A DNA stretch of 64,000 nucleotides. It comes from Pseudomonadota bacterium. Its GTDB lineage: Bacteria > Myxococcota > JACRCW01 > JAFGSX01. The notes under the pieces are model-generated. The model saw only the letters and a program-made list of their open reading frames with translations, made no database searches and was not told where the DNA came from. Made by a program: the position numbers and the translations under genes. The stretch is from contig JBDRCO010000051.1 in NCBI GenBank assembly GCA_043821645.1, positions 128,001 to 192,000 of the forward strand, read 5' to 3'. Positions 19,562-29,397 of the stretch are shown here, one piece after another (position 1 is the first letter of the stretch; each line of letters opens with the position of its first letter).

Positions 19562-22500
19562 ATGAATTCGTCGCAGCGTCGTGCCTTGTGCGCAGCCATG
19601 GGCCTCGCAGTGCTCGGTTTCGGCACCACAGCCTGCCCGCATCCGGCCGCCGTGCCAGAATCCTGGTGGGACGCCGGCACCGTGACCCGGCCACGAACCG
19701 ATGCAGGGGCCGTGGATACCGGGATCGTCGACGCGCTCGGGCAGGACGCCCGGGCGGACGATGCGACCACCCCCGACACGACGAACCCAGGCGACAGCAG
19801 CGCGACGGATCAGGGAGCTGTGCCTGCGGACGCGACTGCGAGCGCGGACGCCTCGACCTCGCCGGACGCCGCCACCGGCGCGGATGCCGCTCCTGCGGTG
19901 GATAGTGGCGCCAGCGTGGACGCCGCGGCGGCCGACGCGGGTTACCAGCACCCGGGCACCTGGGTCGTGCCCTCGGAGCACGGTGCGGCCGTGCTGCAGG
20001 GAACGCTGGACTGCACGGTCTGTCACGCCGCAGATCTCTCGGGCAGCGGCGCGGCGCCGAGCTGCGACAGCTGCCACAGCCTCATCGACCCGGACTGGCG
20101 AACCAACTGTGTGTTCTGCCACGGTGGCAGCGACAACCAGACCGGCGCCCCGCCCCACGACCTGTCGCACAACATCCGGATCAGTGACCCCGGGGTGGGT
20201 GCGCACAGCGAGCACCTGGCACAGGCCACCCACCAGGCTGTGGCCTGCGCCGACTGCCACCTGGTTCCCGTCGACGTCACCAGTGCCGGTCACATGTTCG
20301 ACAGCACGCCGGGTGAGGCCGAGGTGGCCCTGGCGGGTCTGGGCAACGGTGGCGACTTCGACGGCACGGGCTGCACCACGGTGTACTGTCACGGCAACGG
20401 CCAGGTCGCTGGCGCCATCGGCGACTTCACGAGCTTCATCGACACCTGCACGGCCTGCCACGCGTCCACCACGTCGACACCGACCGCTCAGAGCGGCATG
20501 AGCGGCGATCACGCCAGCCACCTGGCGCGCGGCGCGGTCTGTGCGGAGTGCCACGCCCAGGTCCTCGATCCATCCGGCAGCTTTGTCGGACCGACCCTGC
20601 ACGTCAACGGCGTCCCTGACGTCGACGTCACGACGGGCAGTTACCAGAGCTCGACCGGCGACTGCACAAGTTCTTGCCACAACACCTCCGGCACACGGAA
20701 CTGGACCGCCGGTGGATTCCACACCGCGGGTTGGCAAGACCCGGCAAACCACGGGCCTGCCCTGTTCGACGCGAACCTGGACTGCACGGGCTGCCATGGC
20801 GCGGACCTGACCGGCGGAACGAGTGGCGTGAGCTGCGACAGCTGCCACAGCGGCGGCGCGGCCTGGCGCACGGACTGCACCTTCTGCCACGGCGGCAGCG
20901 ACAACGGGAGCGGAGCTCCGCCCGTCGACCTGGCGGGGGGCAGCGACGTCACCACCCTCACAGTGGGCGCCCACAGCGAGCACTTGCAGGGCGTGGATCA
21001 CGCGGCCGTGGCCTGCACCGAGTGCCACGCTGTGCCCGCCAACGTGCTCACGCCGGGGCACATCCTCGACGCAACTCCGGGCGTGGCCGAGGTCGACCTC
21101 GGCAGCGGTGGCATCAGCGGCGGCAGCTATGCCAGCGCAGCCTGCAACGCGACCTACTGCCATGGCAACGGCCAGGTCACCGGCGCAGCGCCGAGCTTTG
21201 ACACCTCCACCGACCTGGGCTGCTCGGCTTGCCACAACGGACCCGGAGGCAGCAACCCGGGGAGCATGAGCGGTCGCCACGCCAGCCACCTGGCCCGCGG
21301 AGCGTCCTGTGTGGACTGCCACGACGCGGTGATCGATGGCAGCAACACCATCACGGGTGATGCCTTGCACGTCGACGGCAACAAGGATGTGCACCTCGCC
21401 ACGGGCACCCATGACAGCGCGAGCGGCGACTGCACCACGACCTGCCACACCTCGGGCAATCCCAAGAACTGGACCACGGGCGGTGCACACCCGGCGGGCT
21501 GGGCCCAGGAGAGCCAGCACGGCGTGGCCACGGTGGAGGGCAGCACGGATTGCACCAGTTGCCACGGTGCGGACCTGACCGGCGGCACCGCGGGCGTGAG
21601 CTGCGATGATTGTCACACCGGTGGTACCGCGGCCTGGCGCACGGACTGCACCTTCTGCCACGGCGGCACCAACAATAGCTCGGGCGCGCCACCGCTCGAC
21701 CTGCACGACGCCACCGCGGTGACCGTGCGCACCGTCGGCGCCCATACCGAGCACCTGCAGGGCGCTGGCCATGCTGCTGTGGCCTGCGGCGAGTGCCACC
21801 TGGTGCCGGCCACCTTGCTGGCCCCGGGACACCTGTTCGACGCCACACCCAACCGCGCCGAGGTCGACCTGGCCCTGGCTGGTATCAGCAGCGGCACCTA
21901 CAGCAGCGGGAGTCACACCTGCGCGGCCACTTACTGCCATGGCACGGGCGTGGCCACGGGGAGCACGCCTGCCTTCGAGAATGGCACGGACCTCGGGTGC
22001 ACGACCTGCCATGGCCTGCCCAATCCCTGGCCACACCCGCAGCGCACGGACTGTTCAAGCTGCCACGCGACGGTGGTCAACGGCAGCGGCCAGATCACCG
22101 GGGCGGCCCAGCACGTCGACGGAGACGTGGACCTGACGCCCTATCACCCGGTGGGCTACGACAGCGAGGCCGTGCACGGTCTCGCAGCCAACCTGCAGAC
22201 CGAGGACTGCCGCGTGTGCCACGGCAGTGACCTGCGGGGTGGTGGCGCCACCGGCAAGATCCCGAGCTGCGACTCCTGCCATGACGTCGTCGATGCGGCC
22301 TGGCGTACCAACTGCACCTTCTGCCACGGCGGAAGCACCAACCAGAGCGGTGCTCCACCCGAGGACCTGCGCAACCGCACCACCGCGACGCTGCGCACGG
22401 TGGGGGCGCACACCGAGCACGGGACCGAGACCAACCACATGGCCTACAGCTGCAGTGAGTGCCACCGCACACCCGTCGACGTGCTGTCTGTGAATCACAT

Positions 22501-22978
22501 GTTCGACAGCACCGCCGGCCAGGCCGAGCTCGTGTTCAACAGTTTGGGGGCCGGCAACACCCTCAGCGACGCCGCCAGCGCCTCGCTGGGAGCCACCAAC
22601 ACGAGCTGCAGCAACCTGTACTGCCATGGCTACGAGGGACTCGACAACGGCAGCATGACCAGCTTCACGGCGAGCATCAGCACCTGCACGGCCTGCCACC
22701 CCTTCATGACGTCGAGCGGCGATGACTGGCAGAACAGGATGAGTGGCGAACACAAGAAGCACCTTGATGCCGGCCTGGGCATCCAGTGCTGGGAGTGCCA
22801 CGGCGGCGTGGTCACTCACAACAACACGAATGCCATCGCCAGCCCGGCCCTCCATGTCAACGGAACGCCCAACATCCAGCTGGTGAGCGGTTCGTTCAGC
22901 ATCACGAGCGGGGGCAACCGCCGTTGTTCCAATGTCGACTGTCACGGCGAGGATCACGGAGCCAACAAGACCTGGTGA
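19562..22978 (+). CDS. Lipoprotein multiheme cytochrome c (CxxCH/CxxxxCH family), ~31 heme motifs
   Basis: GGAGG SD, lipobox GTTAC, Asp/Ala linker. Counted 24 CxxCH, 5 CxxxxCH and 2 CxxxCH motifs in four ~250-aa modules. Confidence 0.93.
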   Translation: MNSSQRRALCAAMGLAVLGFGTTACPHPAAVPESWWDAGTVTRPRTDAGAVDTGIVDALGQDARADDATTPDTTNPGDSSATDQGAVPADATASADASTSPDAATGADAAPAVDSGASVDAAAADAGYQHPGTWVVPSEHGAAVLQGTLDCTVCHAADLSGSGAAPSCDSCHSLIDPDWRTNCVFCHGGSDNQTGAPPHDLSHNIRISDPGVGAHSEHLAQATHQAVACADCHLVPVDVTSAGHMFDSTPGEAEVALAGLGNGGDFDGTGCTTVYCHGNGQVAGAIGDFTSFIDTCTACHASTTSTPTAQSGMSGDHASHLARGAVCAECHAQVLDPSGSFVGPTLHVNGVPDVDVTTGSYQSSTGDCTSSCHNTSGTRNWTAGGFHTAGWQDPANHGPALFDANLDCTGCHGADLTGGTSGVSCDSCHSGGAAWRTDCTFCHGGSDNGSGAPPVDLAGGSDVTTLTVGAHSEHLQGVDHAAVACTECHAVPANVLTPGHILDATPGVAEVDLGSGGISGGSYASAACNATYCHGNGQVTGAAPSFDTSTDLGCSACHNGPGGSNPGSMSGRHASHLARGASCVDCHDAVIDGSNTITGDALHVDGNKDVHLATGTHDSASGDCTTTCHTSGNPKNWTTGGAHPAGWAQESQHGVATVEGSTDCTSCHGADLTGGTAGVSCDDCHTGGTAAWRTDCTFCHGGTNNSSGAPPLDLHDATAVTVRTVGAHTEHLQGAGHAAVACGECHLVPATLLAPGHLFDATPNRAEVDLALAGISSGTYSSGSHTCAATYCHGTGVATGSTPAFENGTDLGCTTCHGLPNPWPHPQRTDCSSCHATVVNGSGQITGAAQHVDGDVDLTPYHPVGYDSEAVHGLAANLQTEDCRVCHGSDLRGGGATGKIPSCDSCHDVVDAAWRTNCTFCHGGSTNQSGAPPEDLRNRTTATLRTVGAHTEHGTETNHMAYSCSECHRTPVDVLSVNHMFDSTAGQAELVFNSLGAGNTLSDAASASLGATNTSCSNLYCHGYEGLDNGSMTSFTASISTCTACHPFMTSSGDDWQNRMSGEHKKHLDAGLGIQCWECHGGVVTHNNTNAIASPALHVNGTPNIQLVSGSFSITSGGNRRCSNVDCHGEDHGANKTW

Positions 22979-23066
22979 CCCAGGGTTGGATTCCACCTGC
23001 GAGATCTCGAGGGTGCGAGCGCGCATGACACGGCCTTCGCCAGCGTGCTAGCGTCCGCGCCCTATC

Positions 23067-25391
23067 ATGGAGCGCTTTTGCCGATGGCTGCTTGCCTGGC
23101 GCGTCCCGATTCTCATCGGAGCGGCCATCCTGACCGCTGCCACAGCCGCAGTGGCGCTACAGGTGCGCTTCGAGTTCTCCTTCACCCAGTTCTTTCCATC
23201 ACGCGATCACCCCGTGGTCGCGCGCTACTTCGATTTCATGGAACGCTTTGGCCGCGACGACCGCGTGGCCCTGGTGGCCATCGAGACGCTGCAGGGTGAG
23301 GTGGTCGAGGCACGCGCGCTGACGGATGTGGCGGCGCTGTGCGCACAACTGGCGAAGATCGACGGCGTGACCAGGGTCGATGGCCTGCCGACCCTGCGGC
23401 TTCCCGCCATCCACCGTGACACCCTGGAAGCGCGCCCCCTGTACGACGCCCGGGACGGGGTGACCGACGACGAGCTCGCAGCCCTGCGAGAGCTGGCCCG
23501 GGCCTCACCCTTCGTGCGCCAGCAGCTGCTCGCGGAGGATCTCAAGGCCACCCTGGTGGCGGTGAGCCTGGGTTCCGGCAGCGATGGAGGCACGGCCCCC
23601 ACAGGCGATCGCGATCCGGTGCTGGACCGGATCACCGAGGTCAGCGCGCGCGTGCTGGACCCGACACGCTACCGCTGGTACCTCGGCGGCGTGCCCGCGG
23701 TGCGTGCTGGCTACGTGGCCCTGCTCGCGGACGAGACCTGGAGTCTGGTGCTCCTGGCCGGCGCCATCCTGGCCGCGGTGCTGTTCGCGCTGTTCCGCTC
23801 CTGGCGCGGGGTGGTGCTGCCCATGGCCACGGTGACGCTCTCCGCGCTGCTCAGCGTGGCCATGCTGGTGCTCACCGACCGCGGCTTCACGCTCATGAGC
23901 ACCCTGATCCCGACGGTGGTGCTGATCCTGGGCATTGCCGACAGCGTGCACTTCCTCGCGCGCTTCCAGGAGGAGCGCGAGCGCGGCTTGTCTGTCGACG
24001 ACGCCGTGGTCGCTACCTTTCGCCACCTCGCCGTGGCGTGCTTGCTCACCAGCGCCACCACCGCGGTCGGCTTCGTTGCCCTCGGCGTCAGTGCCATCGG
24101 TGTGGTGGCGGATTTCGGGTGGATCGCGGCCCTGGGCGTGATGGTCGCCTACCTCGTCACCGTGGTTGTGCTGCCTCCCCTGCTGGCCAGCTTTCCCCTC
24201 GATGGTGGCTTCAGCGTCAGCCAGGCATCCAAGCAATGGACGGGGCGCTTTCTCGCGCTGCACTACCACCTGGCAGCCCAGCACAGTCGCGCCGTTGTCG
24301 GCATCTTCCTGTCGGTGGTGCTGGTCCTCGCGGCCTGGTCCCTGCACAGCCTGCGACGCGATGCTTTCTTCGTCGATGATCTGGACGCCAGCCATCCCAT
24401 GGTCACCGCAACTCGCTTCATCGAGAAGCACTTCGGCGGCATCCTTCCGGTCGAGGTCCTGATCGAGGGAGACCACGATCTGAGCGAGGACCCGGACGCC
24501 GTCACCCTGGCCCATGCCGTGGCCGGACGACTGCGCCAGGAACCCTCGCTGGGCGCAGTGGTGGGCTACTCCGACCTGGTGCGATCCCTGAGCCAGACGG
24601 TGGCCGGCGACACCAGCCTCACGGACAGCCCCCAGGGCCTGGCCCAGCTCTCCCTCCTCGTCGAGAGCGGAGACAGCGCGGTGCGCGACCGCTTCGTGGC
24701 CACCGGGGGGCGAGGTCTTCGCATCTCAGCTCGCGGCGCGGACATCGGTTCGCACGCCATGGCGCCCATGCTGCGGCGCCTGGCCGAGGACCTCGAAGCC
24801 CTGGCGCGCGCGCACCCGGGTCTGCGCGTCCAGCTCACGGGCTTCACGCCGGCGGCTGTATGGGTCGACCGCTACATGGTCAACCAGCTCTTTTACGGCT
24901 TTGCCCTGGCCTTCGCGATCATCACGCTGATGACTGGCTTCTTGTTCCGCTCGCCGGCGTACGCGCTGATCGCGCTGCTGCCCAACCTGGTGCCGCTGGT
25001 CGGAGTGCTGGCCTGGATGGGGCTGTGGGGCATCGCGCTCAAGCCCACCACGGCCATCATCTTCTCGGTGTCTTTCGGTCTCGGGGTGGACAACACCATC
25101 CATTTTCTCACACGGTTCCGCAGCGAGCTGCGCGAGGTCCAGGACGCCCGCCGTGCCCTGTCCAGGACCCTGGCAGGCACCGGGCGCGGAATCCTGTTCG
25201 CCAGCCTGGTGCTCGGCCTCGGCTTCACCGCAGCACTGTTTGCCGAGCTCGGCACCAGCGCCAATTTCGCGGCTCTGACCATCGTGACCATCGCCAGCGC
25301 CCTGGTCTCCGTGCTGCTCCTGCTGCCCTCGCTGCTGCTGTGGCCCCGCCGCTCCCGCGCGCCGCTTCCCCCGACGCCACCCGCCCCCTAG
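23067..25391 (+). CDS. MMPL/RND-family transporter
   Basis: Two repeats, each with a periplasmic loop and TM bundle. GIADSVHF and GLGVDNTIHF motifs. Confidence 0.9.
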   Translation: MERFCRWLLAWRVPILIGAAILTAATAAVALQVRFEFSFTQFFPSRDHPVVARYFDFMERFGRDDRVALVAIETLQGEVVEARALTDVAALCAQLAKIDGVTRVDGLPTLRLPAIHRDTLEARPLYDARDGVTDDELAALRELARASPFVRQQLLAEDLKATLVAVSLGSGSDGGTAPTGDRDPVLDRITEVSARVLDPTRYRWYLGGVPAVRAGYVALLADETWSLVLLAGAILAAVLFALFRSWRGVVLPMATVTLSALLSVAMLVLTDRGFTLMSTLIPTVVLILGIADSVHFLARFQEERERGLSVDDAVVATFRHLAVACLLTSATTAVGFVALGVSAIGVVADFGWIAALGVMVAYLVTVVVLPPLLASFPLDGGFSVSQASKQWTGRFLALHYHLAAQHSRAVVGIFLSVVLVLAAWSLHSLRRDAFFVDDLDASHPMVTATRFIEKHFGGILPVEVLIEGDHDLSEDPDAVTLAHAVAGRLRQEPSLGAVVGYSDLVRSLSQTVAGDTSLTDSPQGLAQLSLLVESGDSAVRDRFVATGGRGLRISARGADIGSHAMAPMLRRLAEDLEALARAHPGLRVQLTGFTPAAVWVDRYMVNQLFYGFALAFAIITLMTGFLFRSPAYALIALLPNLVPLVGVLAWMGLWGIALKPTTAIIFSVSFGLGVDNTIHFLTRFRSELREVQDARRALSRTLAGTGRGILFASLVLGLGFTAALFAELGTSANFAALTIVTIASALVSVLLLLPSLLLWPRRSRAPLPPTPPAP

Positions 25392-25471
25392 AACCGCTGC
25401 TTTGGGTCCCTCACCGCAGCTTGTGTGGGCGCTAGCGCTGTGCCATAAGACCCCTTCACTGTGAGGAGAAC

Positions 25472-26440
25472 ATGGGCACCATCAGCGATTTCATCACGTT
25501 GCACTACCGTCACTTCAACGCCGCCGTGGTGGTGGATGCGGCGCAGGCCTGGAAGGACTTGCTGGCCAAGGACGGCAAGATGTTCTTCACCATGGCCGGC
25601 GCGATGTCCACGGCAGAGCTGGGCATCTCTCTGGCCGAGATGATTCGCCAGGACAAGATCGCAGCCATCACCTGCACCGGCGCCAACCTCGAGGAGGACG
25701 TCTACAACCTGGTGGCACACGAGCACTACAAGCGCGTGCCAAACTACCGCTACCTGTCGGCCACCGACGAGGTGGCGCTGTACGACGACGGATTCAACCG
25801 CGTCACCGACACCTGCATCCCCGAAGAGCAGGCCCTGCGCAAGATCGAGCACCACATGCACAAGCTGTGGGGCGATGCCGAGGCCGCCGGTGAGCGCTAC
25901 TTCCCGCACGAGTATTTTTACAAGCTGCTGCGCTCCAAGGTGCTCGAGCCCGAGTACCAGATCGATCCCAAGCACAGCTGGTTGCTGGCCGCCGCCGAGA
26001 AGGACCTGCCCATCATCGTGCCGGGCTGGGAAGACTCGACCAACGGCAACATGTTCGTGGCCGCGGTGATGTCCGGTGTGCTCAAGGGATACTCGGCCAT
26101 GCGCGTGGGCCTCGAGTACATGCAGCGCCTGGCCGAGTGGTATACCGAGACCCAGCTCAAGCACGACATTGGCTTCTTCCAGATCGGCGGCGGCATCGCT
26201 GGCGACTTTCCGATCTGCGTGGTGCCCATGCTGGTGCAGGACCTCGATCGCAAGGTCAGGCGCTGGGCTTATTTCTGTCAGATCAGCGATTCCACGACAT
26301 CGTACGGCAGCTACTCGGGGGCAGTGCCCAACGAGAAGATCACCTGGGGCAAGCTGGAGGCCAAGGGACCGAAGTTCATCATCGAGTCCGATGCCTCCAT
26401 TGTGGCGCCCCTCGTGTTCGCGTACGTGCTCGGACAGTAG
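25472..26440 (+). CDS. Deoxyhypusine synthase-family protein (bacterial DHS-like)
   Basis: AGAMSTAELG, TGANLEED, PGWEDST, IGGGIAGDF, GSYSGAVPNEKITWGK. Confidence 0.92.
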   Translation: MGTISDFITLHYRHFNAAVVVDAAQAWKDLLAKDGKMFFTMAGAMSTAELGISLAEMIRQDKIAAITCTGANLEEDVYNLVAHEHYKRVPNYRYLSATDEVALYDDGFNRVTDTCIPEEQALRKIEHHMHKLWGDAEAAGERYFPHEYFYKLLRSKVLEPEYQIDPKHSWLLAAAEKDLPIIVPGWEDSTNGNMFVAAVMSGVLKGYSAMRVGLEYMQRLAEWYTETQLKHDIGFFQIGGGIAGDFPICVVPMLVQDLDRKVRRWAYFCQISDSTTSYGSYSGAVPNEKITWGKLEAKGPKFIIESDASIVAPLVFAYVLGQ

Positions 26441-26451
26441 GCCATGCCTGC

Positions 26452-29028
26452 ATGAGACAGTTTCCGCTGCTCCTGGCACTCGTCGTGCTCGGCGCACCCG
26501 TCGCGCTGGCGGCCCCGCTGCGACCGGCTCTCGACGATGATCCCGGTTCGGCGGCGACCGAGGCCCTGGACGACGATGCCGGGGACGATGCCTCCTCCGA
26601 ACCCTCCGGGCTTGACGACGAGGACAGCCCGGGAGAAGAGGCGCCAAGCCCCCGAGCCCTGCGTCGCGGCGCCATCTCCGAGATCCAGGTTCGCGGCCAG
26701 CGCAAGGTCGAACCCGACGCCATCCGCGCCAATGTGCGAAGCCGCATCGGCGAACTCCCCGACTCGACCCTGCTGCGCGCGGACATGCGCCGCATCTACG
26801 AGATGGGCCTGTTCTCCGACGTCAGGCTGCTCACCGCGGAGCGTCCCAACGGCACCCTGACCCTGACCTTCGAGGTGGCAGAGAAGCCCGCGGTACGCGA
26901 GGTGCTGTACGAGGGCAACGACAAGGTATCCAAGGAGGACATCGAGGAGGTCGTCGACGTCAAACCCTTCCAGGTCCTCGACATCCCCAAGCTCAAGCGC
27001 AACGTCGACAAGGTTCTCAATCTCTACGTCGAGAAGGGCTACTACCTGGCCGACGTGCGCTACGAGATCCGCCCGGTTCAGGCCAAGGGCGAGGCGGGAC
27101 CTGCCCTGGCCGAGGGCGCCCTGCCCGACAGCGAGCAAGTCGACATCGCCTTCGTGATCATCGAGAACGCCAAGGTGCTGATCGAGAAGCTGCGCTTCGT
27201 GGGAAACCGCGCCCTCAAGGACGCCGACATCAAGCCCTACCTGCAGACCAGCGAAGGCACCCTGGTGTCCTTCCTGACCGAGTGGGGCACCTACAAAGAA
27301 GAAGCCTTCTCGATGGACCTCATGCGCATCGAGGCGCTGTACCACGACCATGGCTATGTCAACATCAAGGTCGGCAAGCCCCGGGTTCAGCTGTCACCGG
27401 ACAAGCGCAGGATGTTCGTCGCCATCCCCATCGAGGAGGGGGAACAGTTCACCCTGGGCAGCAAGGACATCACCGGAGACCTCATCCAGGACAAGGCCGA
27501 GCTGATGAAGCTGGTGACCCTGGAACCTGGCGCGGTGTTCAAGCGCAGCCAGGTGGCCCAGGACATCGACAACCTGACCAGTACGTACAAGGACGTCGGC
27601 TACGCTTACGTCAACATCGCGCCACTGACCACGGTCGATGCCGAGGCGCGCACTGTCAGCCTCAACCTGGAGATCGAGAAGGGTCCCCTGGTCACCATCG
27701 AGCGCATCGAGATCCGGGGCAACGACAAGACCCGGGACAAGGTCATCCGCCGCGAGCTGAGGATCTACGAGGGCGAGCTGTACACGGGCACCGGCCTGCG
27801 CGAGAGCGAGCGCCGGGTCAACGCCCTGGGTTATTTCGAGAAGGTCGACGTGGGCACGCGTCGGGGGTCCACCCCGGATCGCATCGTCGTCACGGTCACG
27901 ATCAAGGAGAAGTCCACCGGCACCTTCCAGATCAGCTTCGGCTTCAGCTCCTACGAGCAGTTCGTGGGCCAGGCCCAGGTCGTCCAGGACAACTTCCTGG
28001 GCTACGGCACGCGCGTGTCCCTGACGGGTCAGCTGTCCTCGCGGCGCCGCATCTTTGACCTGCAGTACACCGATCCTTACTTCCTCGACTCCCGCTGGAC
28101 CTTCTCGGTCAACGGGTTCAACACCGAGAACGATTTTTACGATTTCCGGCGCGACTCCACGGGTGGAGAGCTGACCTGGGGCTACCCCATGGACTTCGGC
28201 ATCCCCTACCTGGACAAGGTCTACGTCTACCTGGGCTACTTCGGTGAACGCGTGACCATTCCCGAGGAAGCCTTCAACGTCATCCTCTCTGGCCTGGAGA
28301 CCAACCGCCCGCGCCTGACCTCGTCGCTGCGAGGGACGGTCAGCTACGACTCGCGCGACAACCGTCTGTTCCCCACCGACGGCTACTTCGCCATGCTGCG
28401 CGCCGAGTGGGCCACGCCCTTCTTGCTCAGCGAGAACGACTTCGCCCGCCTCACGGCCATCGCCCGGGGCTACTGGCCCATACAGTGGGGGCTGGTGCTC
28501 AAGGCCAACCTGCGCGTCGGTTACATCTATTCTCCGGACCGTATCCCCATCTTCGAGAGCTACCGCGCCGGTGGCTACGGATCGATTCGCGGCTTCTACA
28601 CGCGATCCATCGGACCTCTCGAGCGCGTCGGCACCCTGGATCCGTCCAACGGACTCACCTACTTCAACGTCGGTGGCGACAAGGACGTGCTGGGCAACCT
28701 CGAACTCGAGTTCCCCATCGTCGAGCAAGTCGGTATCCGCGGCGTGCTGTTCGTCGACGTGGCCAATGCCTACGGCGCCAATGAGAACTTCCTCTATCTC
28801 GGGCAGGCGCCGAGCCAGGACCTGGCTGGCGAGGCCTGGGATCCCGTGCGCGACCTGCCCATCGGCCTGTACGCCTCGGCAGGCTTCGGCATCCGCTGGC
28901 TTTCCCCCATCGGCCCGCTGCGCTTCGAGTGGGGCTTCCCCCTGACCCGGCGCCCGCCGGGAACCCGCGGCCTTCCCAAGGGCGACGAGCTGTTTCTGTT
29001 CGAGTTCAACATCGGCAATCCGTTCTAA
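26452..29028 (+). CDS. bamA: Outer membrane protein assembly factor BamA
   Basis: Signal peptide, POTRA repeats (GNDKTRDKVIRREL), IRGF motif, SPIGPLRF, terminal FEFNIGNPF. Confidence 0.95.
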   Translation: MRQFPLLLALVVLGAPVALAAPLRPALDDDPGSAATEALDDDAGDDASSEPSGLDDEDSPGEEAPSPRALRRGAISEIQVRGQRKVEPDAIRANVRSRIGELPDSTLLRADMRRIYEMGLFSDVRLLTAERPNGTLTLTFEVAEKPAVREVLYEGNDKVSKEDIEEVVDVKPFQVLDIPKLKRNVDKVLNLYVEKGYYLADVRYEIRPVQAKGEAGPALAEGALPDSEQVDIAFVIIENAKVLIEKLRFVGNRALKDADIKPYLQTSEGTLVSFLTEWGTYKEEAFSMDLMRIEALYHDHGYVNIKVGKPRVQLSPDKRRMFVAIPIEEGEQFTLGSKDITGDLIQDKAELMKLVTLEPGAVFKRSQVAQDIDNLTSTYKDVGYAYVNIAPLTTVDAEARTVSLNLEIEKGPLVTIERIEIRGNDKTRDKVIRRELRIYEGELYTGTGLRESERRVNALGYFEKVDVGTRRGSTPDRIVVTVTIKEKSTGTFQISFGFSSYEQFVGQAQVVQDNFLGYGTRVSLTGQLSSRRRIFDLQYTDPYFLDSRWTFSVNGFNTENDFYDFRRDSTGGELTWGYPMDFGIPYLDKVYVYLGYFGERVTIPEEAFNVILSGLETNRPRLTSSLRGTVSYDSRDNRLFPTDGYFAMLRAEWATPFLLSENDFARLTAIARGYWPIQWGLVLKANLRVGYIYSPDRIPIFESYRAGGYGSIRGFYTRSIGPLERVGTLDPSNGLTYFNVGGDKDVLGNLELEFPIVEQVGIRGVLFVDVANAYGANENFLYLGQAPSQDLAGEAWDPVRDLPIGLYASAGFGIRWLSPIGPLRFEWGFPLTRRPPGTRGLPKGDELFLFEFNIGNPF

Positions 29029-29038
29029 CTTACTCAAG

Positions 29039-29209
29039 GGGGCGTTCGGCACGCCCCCTCTGCCGCCGGAATGAATCCGGCGACATTCACCCCTGGCAGC
29101 AACGCGATTTTCTCTGACGGGGCGTTCGGCACGCCCCCTCTGCCGCCGGAGTGATTCCGGCAGCATCCACCCCTGGCAGCAACGCGATTTTCTCTGACGG
29201 CGCGTTCGG
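29039..29209. repeat. Intergenic 80-bp tandem repeat of palindromic units (two full copies plus a partial third)
   Basis: Units start at 29039, 29119 and 29199. Each full unit holds hairpins GGGGCGT-TCGGC-ACGCCCC and GCCGGA-N5-TCCGGC. Confidence 0.9.
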
Positions 29210-29397
29210 TCACCTCACACCCTGCGGTTGCTCGGCGGCTGTTGGGATCTCCTGCCTGCGCGCGGCACTTTCTCCGGTCAAAAATTGGACCCACTGCCGG
29301 ACTGGTGCGACCCTGGCTCCACAGGGTGCCAGGTGGCACCACGCACCGCCGGACGGCACCGGTTGCAGACGGCGGGCGCACAGGCAGGAGGTTCACC

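Noticed and set aside
25472-26440. Eukaryote-like hypusination of EF-P by the DHS-family gene
   Set aside because: No efp is adjacent, epmA is present, and bacterial DHS-like proteins are generally linked to polyamine (homospermidine) synthesis.
29039-29209. CRISPR array
   Set aside because: Whole 80-bp units repeat with no unique spacers, and there are no cas genes in the window.
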